A stretch of 64,000 nucleotides of DNA from an uncultured Gammaproteobacteria bacterium. GTDB lineage: Bacteria; Pseudomonadota; Gammaproteobacteria; Chromatiales; Chromatiaceae. Below the pieces are notes generated by a model. It saw only the letters and a list, made by a program, of their open reading frames with translations, did no database searches and was not told the origin of the DNA. A program made the translations under genes and the position numbers. How positions within the stretch are numbered: the stretch's first letter is position 1; each line of letters begins with the position of its first letter. Below, piece by piece: positions 40,751 to 50,749 of the stretch. Where the stretch lies: contig CAVPXP010000021.1 in assembly GCA_963709645.1 (NCBI GenBank), positions 88,445 through 152,444 on the forward strand, in the 5' to 3' direction.

Positions 40751-42337
40751 TTAGGACGGTCGGCGTCCGCGGGCCTGCGCCAGGCGCAGGATCTGGTCCT
40801 CATAGGCGCGGGTGAATGCCTCGCCGAAGAGTTGCATGAAGTCCTCCGCCGCGTCCGCGGCGACCTGCCCATAGGTCTGCGTGAACTGGTCCCAATAGCG
40901 TGACTTTCGCGCCATGGGCAGGACCTTGTCGAGCCCGGATGCGGTGTCCAGGCGGGCCTCCAGGGCGCTCGGCTCGAACCGGGCCAGGAGTGCGCGCAGG
41001 GCTGCGCGCAACCCTGCGATCATGGCCATTTCGTGGGCCTGGATGTCGTCGAAGGCCTCCCGCGCCGCGTCCAGCGGGGGCATGTAAGCCGGATTGGGGC
41101 GCAGCAGCAGCCGCTCCATGGCCTCTTCCGGACTCACCGAGAATTTGAACGGGTTGTTCTCGGCCCGGCGTATGGTGGTGACCCCGAGGCGCAGCTCGCT
41201 CTTGAATTGGGAGCGGGCCATCATGGTGGTGGTGAGCCCGGCCGTCATTGCCCGCAGGAGGGCGCCCGCGTCGCGCAGGAAGGCCGCCGCATCCTTCACC
41301 TGCCCAGCGTCCCCGCTGCCGAGCCCGGCGAGGAAGGCTGCCAGAAGATCGTCGGATGCTGCTGCGGGGCCAGTTTGGAGCGCCGGCGAGGCGGGAGAAG
41401 GCTGAGGCGGGGATTGCGGCGCGACATGCGGAGGTGGCGCCGGCACCGGACCTGCTGGCTGGGGGCCCTGTGCGTCTGGTGCCGGGGGCACCGTAACGGG
41501 CCCTGGCATGTCGCCGGAACGCCCCTTGGCTGGGGTTACCGGGGGTTCGAATCCCTGTTCCAGGTCCAGATCGAGTGAAAAGTCCAGGTCCGGGCTGGGG
41601 ACAGGTTCGGGCTCCCTGGGGGGAGGTTGCGGGGGCTCGAAGGCGGGCCCTGGCAGGGGAGCGGGCGGTCCCCCGGCCGGGGCGCCGGTTGGCGTCGGCA
41701 GCGCGTCACTGAGCAGGTCGTACCCGTCTGGGATGGCTTGGATCTCCGGGGCGCGGAAGAAGACGTGCTCCACCGGGGTTGGGTGGGGCTCGGCCGCCCG
41801 TGGGCCCTCATCGACGGGTGCCGGGCCCGCGAGAAAGGGGTCCAAGGGGTGGGCGTCCGCGAATGGGTCCTCGGTCTGCCTTTGCTTATTTCCTGCGGGT
41901 TGTCCGCTGTTGCCCCCGAGCAGGTTCATGATGTCCGGTGCGCCGCCGGGACTGCCTATTCCTGGCATGGCCGCCTCATCCACCGCGAAGGGGTCAGTTT
42001 CCTTGACCCTTTCTCCCGAGTCGATGGAGACGGCAATCTCGTAGGGACCGACGGCAATGGTATCCCCGTCGTGGAGCGCCACCGGCTGGCTTGGCGGCAA
42101 GCGGTCCGCAGACTGATTGATGAAGGTACCGTTGGTGCTCTGGTCGATGAGCCAGACCCCGTCGTCGCGGATCTCGACACTGGCGTGGCGACTCGACACC
42201 AGGCGCTCCGGGTCACCCAGGACGAGGTCATTCTCCGGATTGCGCCCCAAGGCGTAGACGCCGCTGCCAACGTGAAGGCTCGCAGCTTGCTCGGGCGGCA
42301 GACCGCGGTAGCTTGTAACCTCCAGGTGAAGCTTCAT
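40751..42337 (-). CDS. tagH: T6SS-associated FHA-domain protein TagH (Fha)
   Basis: From MKLHLEVTS. FHA residues LGRNPENDLVL, VSSRHASVEI, STNGTFIN. Pro-rich linker and conserved TagH C-terminal domain (NNPFKFS...). The track ORF starts 69 nt upstream at 42406. Confidence 0.85.
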   Translation of the reverse strand: MKLHLEVTSYRGLPPEQAASLHVGSGVYALGRNPENDLVLGDPERLVSSRHASVEIRDDGVWLIDQSTNGTFINQSADRLPPSQPVALHDGDTIAVGPYEIAVSIDSGERVKETDPFAVDEAAMPGIGSPGGAPDIMNLLGGNSGQPAGNKQRQTEDPFADAHPLDPFLAGPAPVDEGPRAAEPHPTPVEHVFFRAPEIQAIPDGYDLLSDALPTPTGAPAGGPPAPLPGPAFEPPQPPPREPEPVPSPDLDFSLDLDLEQGFEPPVTPAKGRSGDMPGPVTVPPAPDAQGPQPAGPVPAPPPHVAPQSPPQPSPASPALQTGPAAASDDLLAAFLAGLGSGDAGQVKDAAAFLRDAGALLRAMTAGLTTTMMARSQFKSELRLGVTTIRRAENNPFKFSVSPEEAMERLLLRPNPAYMPPLDAAREAFDDIQAHEMAMIAGLRAALRALLARFEPSALEARLDTASGLDKVLPMARKSRYWDQFTQTYGQVAADAAEDFMQLFGEAFTRAYEDQILRLAQARGRRPS

Positions 42338-42752
42338 CCCCTCCCCTGCCACAGGCCGGCTCCCCCGGGCGCCGCTTTGGAGCCGCCAGAGCTCGTGGAT
42401 CGACAACGCCGAGGGCCGAACTCCATAACTGTCACCGATGTCACCGAATGGACACCCACTGGTTCAAATTTGAAAGATCGCCGCGAATGGAAAACGCGAT
42501 CGCGGATTGCAGCCCCGTCCAACGGCTCAGAGTATAGCGAAGGTCGAGGGCTCCCTTGCCATGGGTCTTGGGCGATGGCCGGGGATGCGACGGCGAGAAC
42601 CTCGATCCGAACACCCTTGCAGTCGGACATCTTCCGCCCTCGAAGCGATGGTGACCCGCAGCTTAGCCCAACGCGGCCGAATGAGGTACCGTCACAGGGC
42701 CCGGCGCGCCGATGCCCTAGCCGGGCCGCAGACCCAACCGACACGCTCAAGG

Positions 42753-43905
42753 GCGCCAGCAGTCGATTACACTGGGGCCGCCGAAGCCGATCCTGCGCGC
42801 CGGTTGCATCGGGGCCAGATGACTGCCTGGGGACGGAGCCGATCGATGAGTCCAGAAGATAACCGGGTCGTGACCCCCGAGGCCGCCGATGACGGCGGAG
42901 CGACGGTCGTGCGCCTGGATCCGGTTGCACCCCATGGCATTGCCCCCGGGACCCTGTTGGTCAACACCTACCGGGTCGAGCGCCTGCTCGGCGGCGGCGG
43001 CATGGGGGAGGTCTATCTGGCCCGCCATACCGGGCTTGAGACCCGGCACGCCATCAAGGTGATCCGCCCCGCCATGGCCATGAACCGCCAGGTCATGGAC
43101 CTCTTTTATCGCGAAGCGCGGGTACTGCGCGGGGTGCGCCACGACGCCGTGGTGAGCTACGACGGCTTCGTGCGAGACGACCAAGGGCGCGACTACCTGG
43201 TCATGGAGTATGTGGAGGGCTCCTCCCTCGCCGACCGGCTGCGCCGCGGGCCGCTCAACCCCGCAGAGGTACTCAGCCTGCGGGACCGGCTCGCCGCCGG
43301 GCTTGCCGAGGCCCACCGCTGTGGGGCGGTGCATCGGGACATCTCCCCGGACAACGTCATACTGCCCGGAGAGCGCATCGAAGCCGCCAAGCTCATCGAC
43401 TTCGGGGTTTGCAAACTCACCGACCCGACCCAGGAGACCATCATCGGCTCCTCCTTCGCCGGCAAATACCGCTACGCGTCGCCCGAGCAGCTTGGCCTGT
43501 TCGGGGGTGGAGTGGACGCCCGCTCCGACATCTACAGTCTGGGTCTGATTCTCGCCGCCGCCGCCCAGGGGCGCCCCCTGGGCATGGGCGACAGCATCGA
43601 GGGCGCGCTGCGCAGCCGCCAGAGCGTACCCGACCTCAGCGGGGTCCCCGCGGGTCTGCGCGACTGGCTCGTGGCGATGCTGCAACCCGACCCTGCGCAA
43701 CGCCCGGCCACCATGGAGGCGCTGCTCGAGCACTGGCCGGCGGCTGGCGGCGGGACGCAGCGGTCGCCGGGTCGCACCGCCACGGAGGCCGCGGCGCGCT
43801 CTGGCCGCGGCCGACGCGGGTTGACGTGGGCGATCGGGCTGGTGTCGCTCGTAGCCGTTGCCGGCGGCCTTTACTGGCTGCTGCGCCCGCTGCCAGTGGT
43901 GGAGC
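42753..43905 (+). repeat. direct repeat copy 1 (kinase 5' module)
   Basis: 42753-43810 matches 49597-50654 (offset 6844). I aligned both junctions nucleotide by nucleotide. Track ORFs in several frames on both strands are identical between copies (43193..43465 = 50037..50309; 43210..43548 = 50054..50392). About 90% identity continues to about 43905. Confidence 0.9.
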
Positions 43906-44996
43906 GCAACCTGGATGCTGCCGCTACCCGGGGTACTGGGGAGACCGAGGCCGTCGCCGTTAAGGACGCCGATGTCGGGCAAGGCCAAACCCTGCGGGAG
44001 CAGCCGCAGCAGGTGGCGGCTAGGCGGGATGACACGGCGCCGGACACATCCAAGGTGGAAGAGCGATCCCAGGTCGATGTCCAACCCGATACGGCGTCGG
44101 ATGGCACCCCTGAGCCTGCACCCGAAGAAGGTCCGTTGCCGAGGGCGGAAAAGCCGCCTGAGCGCGAAACAGTCATCCCTGGCACACGCTTCGCCGATCC
44201 CTTGGCGGGCGGCGGCTCGGGTCCGATTATGGTCTGGCTACCTGGAGGAGAGTTCCAGATGGGCTCCCCTCCGGAAGAGCCGGGTCGCAACCCAGACGAG
44301 CGACTCCATCTGGCACCGATTCCGGAGCCAATCGCGATGAGCGAGACCGAGATCACCCTGGGGCAGTTTCGGCAGTTCGTCCAGGCGACGGGTTACCGAA
44401 CCGAGGTCGACCGCGAATCCACCTGTCTGAGACCGGACGATGCCTGGCAGCAGCTTGTTCCCGACATGAGCCTTTCGTGGCAGTCCCCGGGTTACGAGGT
44501 CACCGACCGGCATCCCGTCGCGTGCGTCAACTGGAGTGATGCGCGGGCATACGCCAAGTGGCTCACGGATACGACGGGCAAAGACTATCGCTTGCCGACG
44601 GAGCAGGAGTGGGAGTACGCGGCCCGCGCGGGGACCCTCACAAGCCGCTTCTGGGGGGACGATCCCAAGGCAGGCTGCAATCTTGCAAACACGGCGGAGT
44701 GCAAAGACGACTATACCTATGCCGCTCCGGCCGGGACTTTCCCGCCCAACCTCTTCGGGCTGCGCGACATGCTGGGTAATCTCGCCGAATGGACTTGCTC
44801 TGAGTATGGGAAAGGCTACAGTGGCAGCGAGGCCCGGTGCAGCGAGGCCGGCGGAGCGTCACCGCGGGTCTTTCGTGGCGGCTCCTGGCTCGATGCCCCG
44901 GAGCTGGTACGGTCTGCCGCACGGGACGGCGCTCCAGCAAACCTCGGCCTCAACACCGTGGGTTTCCGTGTGGTCCGGACCCTGGGCCCTGAGTAG
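42819..44996 (+). CDS. Hanks-type Ser/Thr kinase with TM helix and periplasmic FGE-sulfatase (SUMF1/TagR-like) domain; PpkA-like by context
   Basis: GGGGMGEVYLARH, HAIKVIR, HRDISPDNVIL, IDFGVCK, YASPEQ. TM WAIGLVSLVAVAGGLYWLL. FGE motifs RLPTEQEWEYAARAG, GNLAEWT, FRGGSWL, GFRVVR. Alternative ATG at 42846. Confidence 0.88.
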   Translation: MTAWGRSRSMSPEDNRVVTPEAADDGGATVVRLDPVAPHGIAPGTLLVNTYRVERLLGGGGMGEVYLARHTGLETRHAIKVIRPAMAMNRQVMDLFYREARVLRGVRHDAVVSYDGFVRDDQGRDYLVMEYVEGSSLADRLRRGPLNPAEVLSLRDRLAAGLAEAHRCGAVHRDISPDNVILPGERIEAAKLIDFGVCKLTDPTQETIIGSSFAGKYRYASPEQLGLFGGGVDARSDIYSLGLILAAAAQGRPLGMGDSIEGALRSRQSVPDLSGVPAGLRDWLVAMLQPDPAQRPATMEALLEHWPAAGGGTQRSPGRTATEAAARSGRGRRGLTWAIGLVSLVAVAGGLYWLLRPLPVVERNLDAAATRGTGETEAVAVKDADVGQGQTLREQPQQVAARRDDTAPDTSKVEERSQVDVQPDTASDGTPEPAPEEGPLPRAEKPPERETVIPGTRFADPLAGGGSGPIMVWLPGGEFQMGSPPEEPGRNPDERLHLAPIPEPIAMSETEITLGQFRQFVQATGYRTEVDRESTCLRPDDAWQQLVPDMSLSWQSPGYEVTDRHPVACVNWSDARAYAKWLTDTTGKDYRLPTEQEWEYAARAGTLTSRFWGDDPKAGCNLANTAECKDDYTYAAPAGTFPPNLFGLRDMLGNLAEWTCSEYGKGYSGSEARCSEAGGASPRVFRGGSWLDAPELVRSAARDGAPANLGLNTVGFRVVRTLGPE

Positions 44997-45115
44997 AGCG
45001 GGTGACGCGGCAGACGAATGCGAGGCTGCAAGTCAACAACGAACGGGCGGTCGCACCGGTGCCGCCCAGGGCATCGCGGGCGACATTATTTGGTGAGGAA
45101 GGCGGGTAGACGATC

Positions 45116-46060
45116 ATGAATCAGATAACGGAATCGATTGGGTTTATCCGCGCCCTGAACGCGGCAGCCGCAACACTGGTGCTGGGTGCCTGCGCGTCTT
45201 CGGGTGGGGAGTCCGTTTACCAGCAGGCGGCCGGCGCGAGGGACGACCCGAAGACTATCGAACGCCTCGTCGGCCAGGCGGAGGACCTCACCGTCGTGGA
45301 CTGCCTGCTCCCAGGCAAGATGCGCCGAATGGGGAGCACCATCACCTGGGTGACCCGACCGCGCCCCGTCAAGCAGATCGCGACCGATTGCGAGATCCTG
45401 GGTGGTCAGTACATCCTGTTCGACCGCGCCAATCCAGACACGGCATTGAGTGTATGGACGTCCGCTGCCGAAGCGGGAGATCCTACCGCCCAGACTTATG
45501 TCGGCGAGATCTACGAGCGCGGACTTGGCCGACCGCGGGATTATGGGACAGCGGCCCTCTGGTACCGAAAGGCCGCGGATCAGGGATACCCGCGCGCGCA
45601 GCTGCGGTTGGGGACCCTCTACGAGAAAGGTCTCGGTGTCGAGCGAGACCCGGTCAAGGCTTTGGACCTTTACCGCAAAGCGGCCGGGTTGTCGGAAGAC
45701 AAGGTCGTCTATCTCTCCCAGGCCCTTGCAGCGGCCCGCGCCTCCCAGGCGGCGGAGGCCGGAAAAGCGGCATACCAAGCGAAGGCCCGGGCCCAGTTTC
45801 AGCAGATCCGGTCAGAACGCAGCTCCAGCGACCAAAGGGTCCGCAGTGCGGAGGCACAAGTCGAGCAAGCCAAGGAGGAGGTGGTACGCAGTGGACGCCG
45901 GACACGGACGCTCGAACAACCAACCCCGGCGATCACGGCGAGGGGCAGGCTCATCGATCAGTATGTCGCTGTGACCCAACAGGCCGAAAGTCAGCGACTC
46001 GTGAGCGAAAGCCAGCGGCGCATAGAGGAACTCGCCCAACCCATCGTCGCGCAGAGGTAG
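45116..46060 (+). CDS. Sel1-repeat lipoprotein with C-terminal coiled coil
   Basis: Lipobox LVLGAC. Sel1 units AQTYVGEIYERGLGRPRDYGTAALWYRKAADQGYPRAQLRLGTLYEKGLGVERDPVKALDLYRKAA. Confidence 0.8.
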   Translation: MNQITESIGFIRALNAAAATLVLGACASSGGESVYQQAAGARDDPKTIERLVGQAEDLTVVDCLLPGKMRRMGSTITWVTRPRPVKQIATDCEILGGQYILFDRANPDTALSVWTSAAEAGDPTAQTYVGEIYERGLGRPRDYGTAALWYRKAADQGYPRAQLRLGTLYEKGLGVERDPVKALDLYRKAAGLSEDKVVYLSQALAAARASQAAEAGKAAYQAKARAQFQQIRSERSSSDQRVRSAEAQVEQAKEEVVRSGRRTRTLEQPTPAITARGRLIDQYVAVTQQAESQRLVSESQRRIEELAQPIVAQR

Positions 46061-46479
46061 TGCCTGTCGCAGCGGGTTCGGTCCCGCACCCGTATCCGCT
46101 GGGTCGGCAGGTTCTCGCCTGTCCCCCATTTCCGTGTCCAGCACCCCGAACGCGGGCTGGGCAACGATTCACGCCTCGACGCTCTGGCCCCGTCGGACTC
46201 AGTCGCGGACCAATCATTCTGGCTTGTATCTTTCTCGTCACATCTGGTCACTTTGCGGTAGGTCGTGCGTGACAAGTCGTTGTCAGTGACCTACCTTTAT
46301 CCGGGCATGTGTGGTCGACCGTACGTGTTGCGAATTGCATACAATGGGTGTCCGGTATGCAAACAGTAGAATTCTCGGGACAGATTACGGAAGGCCAAGA
46401 GGCGCGTTTGCCGTCTGGCGCCACGAGGTGGCCGCACGTTTCCGCGCAATGGGTCTTAGAGCAGGCAAGGGGGTAGAAG

Positions 46480-48603
46480 ATGGGAACGGGGCTGATTTGT
46501 TGCACTAGGTGGGGCGGTGATCACCCTGTTGATGGAAGTGATGGGGGCACGCGTTCATTGCGACGCGTCTTTCAGGCGCGCTGGTTACTGTTTCTTCCGA
46601 TCGCTCTCGTCGGCCTGCTTTTTTCCCCCCGAGCCTTTGCGGCTGTCACCACGGCGACGATCGCCGCATCACCAAGCCAGATTAACGAGGGCGGTTCAAG
46701 CGAATTCTCCGTTGCGCTGACGACCGACAGCATCACCGGGGCCCCCCATGATGCCACTGTCGTGGTGGGAGTAGCCGGCTCTGCGACTTTGGGCGTGGAC
46801 TACGAAATTGTGGGATATCCGCAAACCCCAATAACGCTGCAGTTCACCGGCTTCTTAAATGCGACTCAGAGCATCACGGTTAGGGCATTGAACGACACTG
46901 CCTTCCCTGAAAGCCCGGAAAGCATCATTCTCACAGTGACCCAATGCGCCTGGACAAACGCATCGGAAGGGTCGGGATCTTGCCCCACAGGATCTTCGGC
47001 GACAGTGACGATCATCGACGCGACGCCCGCGCCGGTCGCCACCATCGAGGCAACCTCTGGCAACGGTCAAGTGGCGTCGACGGGCGTGCCCTTGCAGCCG
47101 TTCGTCGTGACGGTCACGTCGGACGGTTCCCCCGCGGCGGGCGTCCCGATCGTGTGGACCCTGGTAAGCGGTGGGGGGTCCTTGTCCAATGGTCGGACGC
47201 TGACCGACGCCCAAGGACAGGCCAGTTCGACCCTGACGCCGAGCAGCAACGGCGAGTTCGTCGTCAGGGCGCAGGTCGAGGGTACGACTCAATCGGTCAC
47301 ATTCACCGCCTTGTTCAACCCGCTCGCCGGCCTGCCCGGGCTTACGGGTCCCCAGCGTTCGATGGCGACGACCCTGGATACCCTCTGCCCTAAGCTCGCC
47401 GGGACTGCCGATCAAAGGGCCCTGACGGCCGGCGAGCAGGATCTGCTCACTCAATGTCAGACGCTGATCAGCAGCTCCGTGACCGATCCCAGCGCCGCTG
47501 CGCAAGGCGTGGCGGCCTTGACACCCGAACAGGCAAGTGCTCCGCGCAAGCTTGCCACCCAGGTCGCCGGTTCCCAGATCGACAACATCGTGACACGCCT
47601 GATGGCACTCCGCCGCGGAGCGCGGGGCATCAGTCTGCGCAATCTGACCGCTAACATGGACGGCCAGAGCGTCGACGGTAATACGGCTGAAGGCGTGTCA
47701 AAGCAACTGGGCGGAACGGGCGGTGGGGCGAGCGCCGATGACACCTATGAGTTTGAGCGTTTGGGCATCTTCATCAACGGCAACATTGATTGGGGCAGCA
47801 AGGACAGGAGTGCCAACGAAGACGGATTCGATTTTAGTACCCAGGGGATCACCGCGGGCGTCGACTACCGGTTTTTGGAGGGTCTGGTGTTGGGGCTTGC
47901 GTTCGGATATGGCAACACGGATGCCGACATCGACTCCAATGGCGGCGATATCGGCGCCAACGCCTGGAGCAGCACCATTTACGGAACCTACTACGCGACG
48001 GATCACTTCTACGTGGAGGGATCTGGGATGTATGGCTGGAATAATTTCGATCAGACCCGCAACATCAGCTACAGCCTCCTTGGCGGGGCGCGCGAGGCCA
48101 ATGCAGACTTTGGCGGCAGTCAATATGCCCTCATGTTTGGGACGGGATACGACTTTATACGCGGCCCGGGAATCCTCGACATCTACGGACGTTTGAGGTA
48201 CGTGAAGGTGGATCTCGATAGCTACCGTGAACAGGGCGCGTCCGGTTTGGACCTCACCATCGACGGCCAGGAGGCAACCTCCTTGATGAGCATCCTCGGC
48301 GTCAACTACACGGGTTCCATCAGCCTTGCCAAGGTCGTGCTGGTTCCTCAGGGCTGGTTCGAGTGGCTGCATGAGTACGACGATGGCGACGATGAGGTGA
48401 CCGGAGTCTTCGTTAACGATCCGAACCGTATCCCCTTTGCACTGGCGACCGACAGCTTTGACACCGACTCCTTCCGCGTCGGCTTGGGGGTCGGGGCCCA
48501 GTTCGGGCAGGGTAGAACGGCCTTTGTGACCTACGAGGCGCGCGTGGGGCTCAATAATTACACCGAGCAAACGGCGAATTTCGGCGTGCGTCTGGACTTT
48601 TAG
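46480..48603 (+). CDS. autotransporter outer-membrane protein with Calx-beta-like and Ig-like passenger domains
   Basis: Signal LLFLPIALVGLLFSPRAFA. Calx-beta-like GSATLGVDYEIVG...ITVRALNDTAFPESPESIILTV. Invasin-like Ig VTVTSDGSPAAGVPIVWTLVSGGG. C-terminal beta-barrel with alternating aromatic pattern ending NFGVRLDF. Confidence 0.8.
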   Translation: MGTGLICCTRWGGDHPVDGSDGGTRSLRRVFQARWLLFLPIALVGLLFSPRAFAAVTTATIAASPSQINEGGSSEFSVALTTDSITGAPHDATVVVGVAGSATLGVDYEIVGYPQTPITLQFTGFLNATQSITVRALNDTAFPESPESIILTVTQCAWTNASEGSGSCPTGSSATVTIIDATPAPVATIEATSGNGQVASTGVPLQPFVVTVTSDGSPAAGVPIVWTLVSGGGSLSNGRTLTDAQGQASSTLTPSSNGEFVVRAQVEGTTQSVTFTALFNPLAGLPGLTGPQRSMATTLDTLCPKLAGTADQRALTAGEQDLLTQCQTLISSSVTDPSAAAQGVAALTPEQASAPRKLATQVAGSQIDNIVTRLMALRRGARGISLRNLTANMDGQSVDGNTAEGVSKQLGGTGGGASADDTYEFERLGIFINGNIDWGSKDRSANEDGFDFSTQGITAGVDYRFLEGLVLGLAFGYGNTDADIDSNGGDIGANAWSSTIYGTYYATDHFYVEGSGMYGWNNFDQTRNISYSLLGGAREANADFGGSQYALMFGTGYDFIRGPGILDIYGRLRYVKVDLDSYREQGASGLDLTIDGQEATSLMSILGVNYTGSISLAKVVLVPQGWFEWLHEYDDGDDEVTGVFVNDPNRIPFALATDSFDTDSFRVGLGVGAQFGQGRTAFVTYEARVGLNNYTEQTANFGVRLDF

Positions 48604-49499
48604 GGGCGAGTCTCTGCAGTTGCCGGATGGGCCTGAAGCGCTTGCAGGTCCAACGCGAATTGGTGATGCGTGAGCCCAGCGAGGATGGCCGGCCAGGCGT
48701 GCTCCCAGCAGCACCGATGGTCGAAACCGGGTACGACAACGAATTGCGCGTTCGGCTGGCCGGCTGCGGTTGGCCCTGACAAGCCGGTAGGGACCTGGAG
48801 GTCCCGTTTGCCCGCAAGGTGGATCTGTCGGATGTGGGCCGGCAGTGGTGGCTGTGTTGCCGGGTTGAGGGAGCCTCGGAGGCGGCTGTAGCCGTGGTGA
48901 TCCGCCCAAGCCGTGACGTCCAGATTGGCGGCAATCGTTATCACGCCTCGTACTTGCTCCATCCGCGCGGCAATGAGCATGGCCAGCACCCCACCTCCGC
49001 TGTAACCGATGAGTGTGACCTCGCGGTCGCTGCCGTGGCCCAAGGCACGCTGCAGAGCCGCGGTCATGCTCCTTACGACTTCCTCGCTATAGCGTCCCTG
49101 TGTCCACAGCCAAGGCGAGCAGCCGGGAGATTCTGCCAGCCCCTGGTAGCAGGGGCGCCCGATGTAGAGGGCCGGACCGGGATCGTGCGACATGAGTTGT
49201 AGCGCGAGAGGAGTCCGGGGGGTCGGATCCCGGGCAATACGTGTGCGGGTAATCCAAGGGAGGCCGTCCCCTTCGAGGTAGACATGCACAGGGCTCGACT
49301 TGTCCCAACTCCCCTGGCGGTAGACTAGATGTTGGAAGGGGTCCCCCGCGATCATCGATTGGTCGCGGCCGACCGCTTCCTTATGGACCCCGGTCCTTTG
49401 TAATGGCCAACTGCAGCCGAGGATGCTGAAGATCAACGAACCGGCCATGAACAGGGCCCAGCGCTTCAATAGACGCCACTCCAAGATAGTGAATACCAA
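48600..49499 (-). CDS. alpha/beta hydrolase lipoprotein
   Basis: Signal plus lipobox LFMAGSLIFSILGC. Nucleophile elbow LIGYSGGG. TTG start at 49499 (alternative ATG 49448). Its 3' end overlaps the autotransporter stop by 4 nt, convergent. Confidence 0.7.
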   Translation of the reverse strand: MVFTILEWRLLKRWALFMAGSLIFSILGCSWPLQRTGVHKEAVGRDQSMIAGDPFQHLVYRQGSWDKSSPVHVYLEGDGLPWITRTRIARDPTPRTPLALQLMSHDPGPALYIGRPCYQGLAESPGCSPWLWTQGRYSEEVVRSMTAALQRALGHGSDREVTLIGYSGGGVLAMLIAARMEQVRGVITIAANLDVTAWADHHGYSRLRGSLNPATQPPLPAHIRQIHLAGKRDLQVPTGLSGPTAAGQPNAQFVVVPGFDHRCCWEHAWPAILAGLTHHQFALDLQALQAHPATAETRP

Positions 49500-49596
49500 C
49501 GCTGGGGGTCGTTGTCGGACAGCCGACGGTGCATCGGTTGAAGGGCTTGACCACCACTGCCTAGTATAGGAGCACGCCCCAACCCGGGGCCCCTGA

Positions 49597-50749
49597 GCGC
49601 CAGCAGTCGATTACACTGGGGCCGCCGAAGCCGATCCTGCGCGCCGGTTGCATCGGGGCCAGATGACTGCCTGGGGACGGAGCCGATCGATGAGTCCAGA
49701 AGATAACCGGGTCGTGACCCCCGAGGCCGCCGATGACGGCGGAGCGACGGTCGTGCGCCTGGATCCGGTTGCACCCCATGGCATTGCCCCCGGGACCCTG
49801 TTGGTCAACACCTACCGGGTCGAGCGCCTGCTCGGCGGCGGCGGCATGGGGGAGGTCTATCTGGCCCGCCATACCGGGCTTGAGACCCGGCACGCCATCA
49901 AGGTGATCCGCCCCGCCATGGCCATGAACCGCCAGGTCATGGACCTCTTTTATCGCGAAGCGCGGGTACTGCGCGGGGTGCGCCACGACGCCGTGGTGAG
50001 CTACGACGGCTTCGTGCGAGACGACCAAGGGCGCGACTACCTGGTCATGGAGTATGTGGAGGGCTCCTCCCTCGCCGACCGGCTGCGCCGCGGGCCGCTC
50101 AACCCCGCAGAGGTACTCAGCCTGCGGGACCGGCTCGCCGCCGGGCTTGCCGAGGCCCACCGCTGTGGGGCGGTGCATCGGGACATCTCCCCGGACAACG
50201 TCATACTGCCCGGAGAGCGCATCGAAGCCGCCAAGCTCATCGACTTCGGGGTTTGCAAACTCACCGACCCGACCCAGGAGACCATCATCGGCTCCTCCTT
50301 CGCCGGCAAATACCGCTACGCGTCGCCCGAGCAGCTTGGCCTGTTCGGGGGTGGAGTGGACGCCCGCTCCGACATCTACAGTCTGGGTCTGATTCTCGCC
50401 GCCGCCGCCCAGGGGCGCCCCCTGGGCATGGGCGACAGCATCGAGGGCGCGCTGCGCAGCCGCCAGAGCGTACCCGACCTCAGCGGGGTCCCCGCGGGTC
50501 TGCGCGACTGGCTCGTGGCGATGCTGCAACCCGACCCTGCGCAACGCCCGGCCACCATGGAGGCGCTGCTCGAGCACTGGCCGGCGGCTGGCGGCGGGAC
50601 GCAGCGGTCGCCGGGTCGCACCGCCACGGAGGCCGCGGCGCGCTCTGGCCGCGGTAGGCGCGGGTTGATGTGGGCGATCGGGCTGGTGTTGCTCGTCGCC
50701 ATTGCCGGCGGTCTTTACTGGCTGCTGCGACCGCTGCCAGTAGTGGAGC
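49597..50749 (+). repeat. direct repeat copy 2 (kinase 5' module)
   Basis: See copy 1. The first mismatch is at 50655 versus 43811, just before the TM helix codons. Confidence 0.9.
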
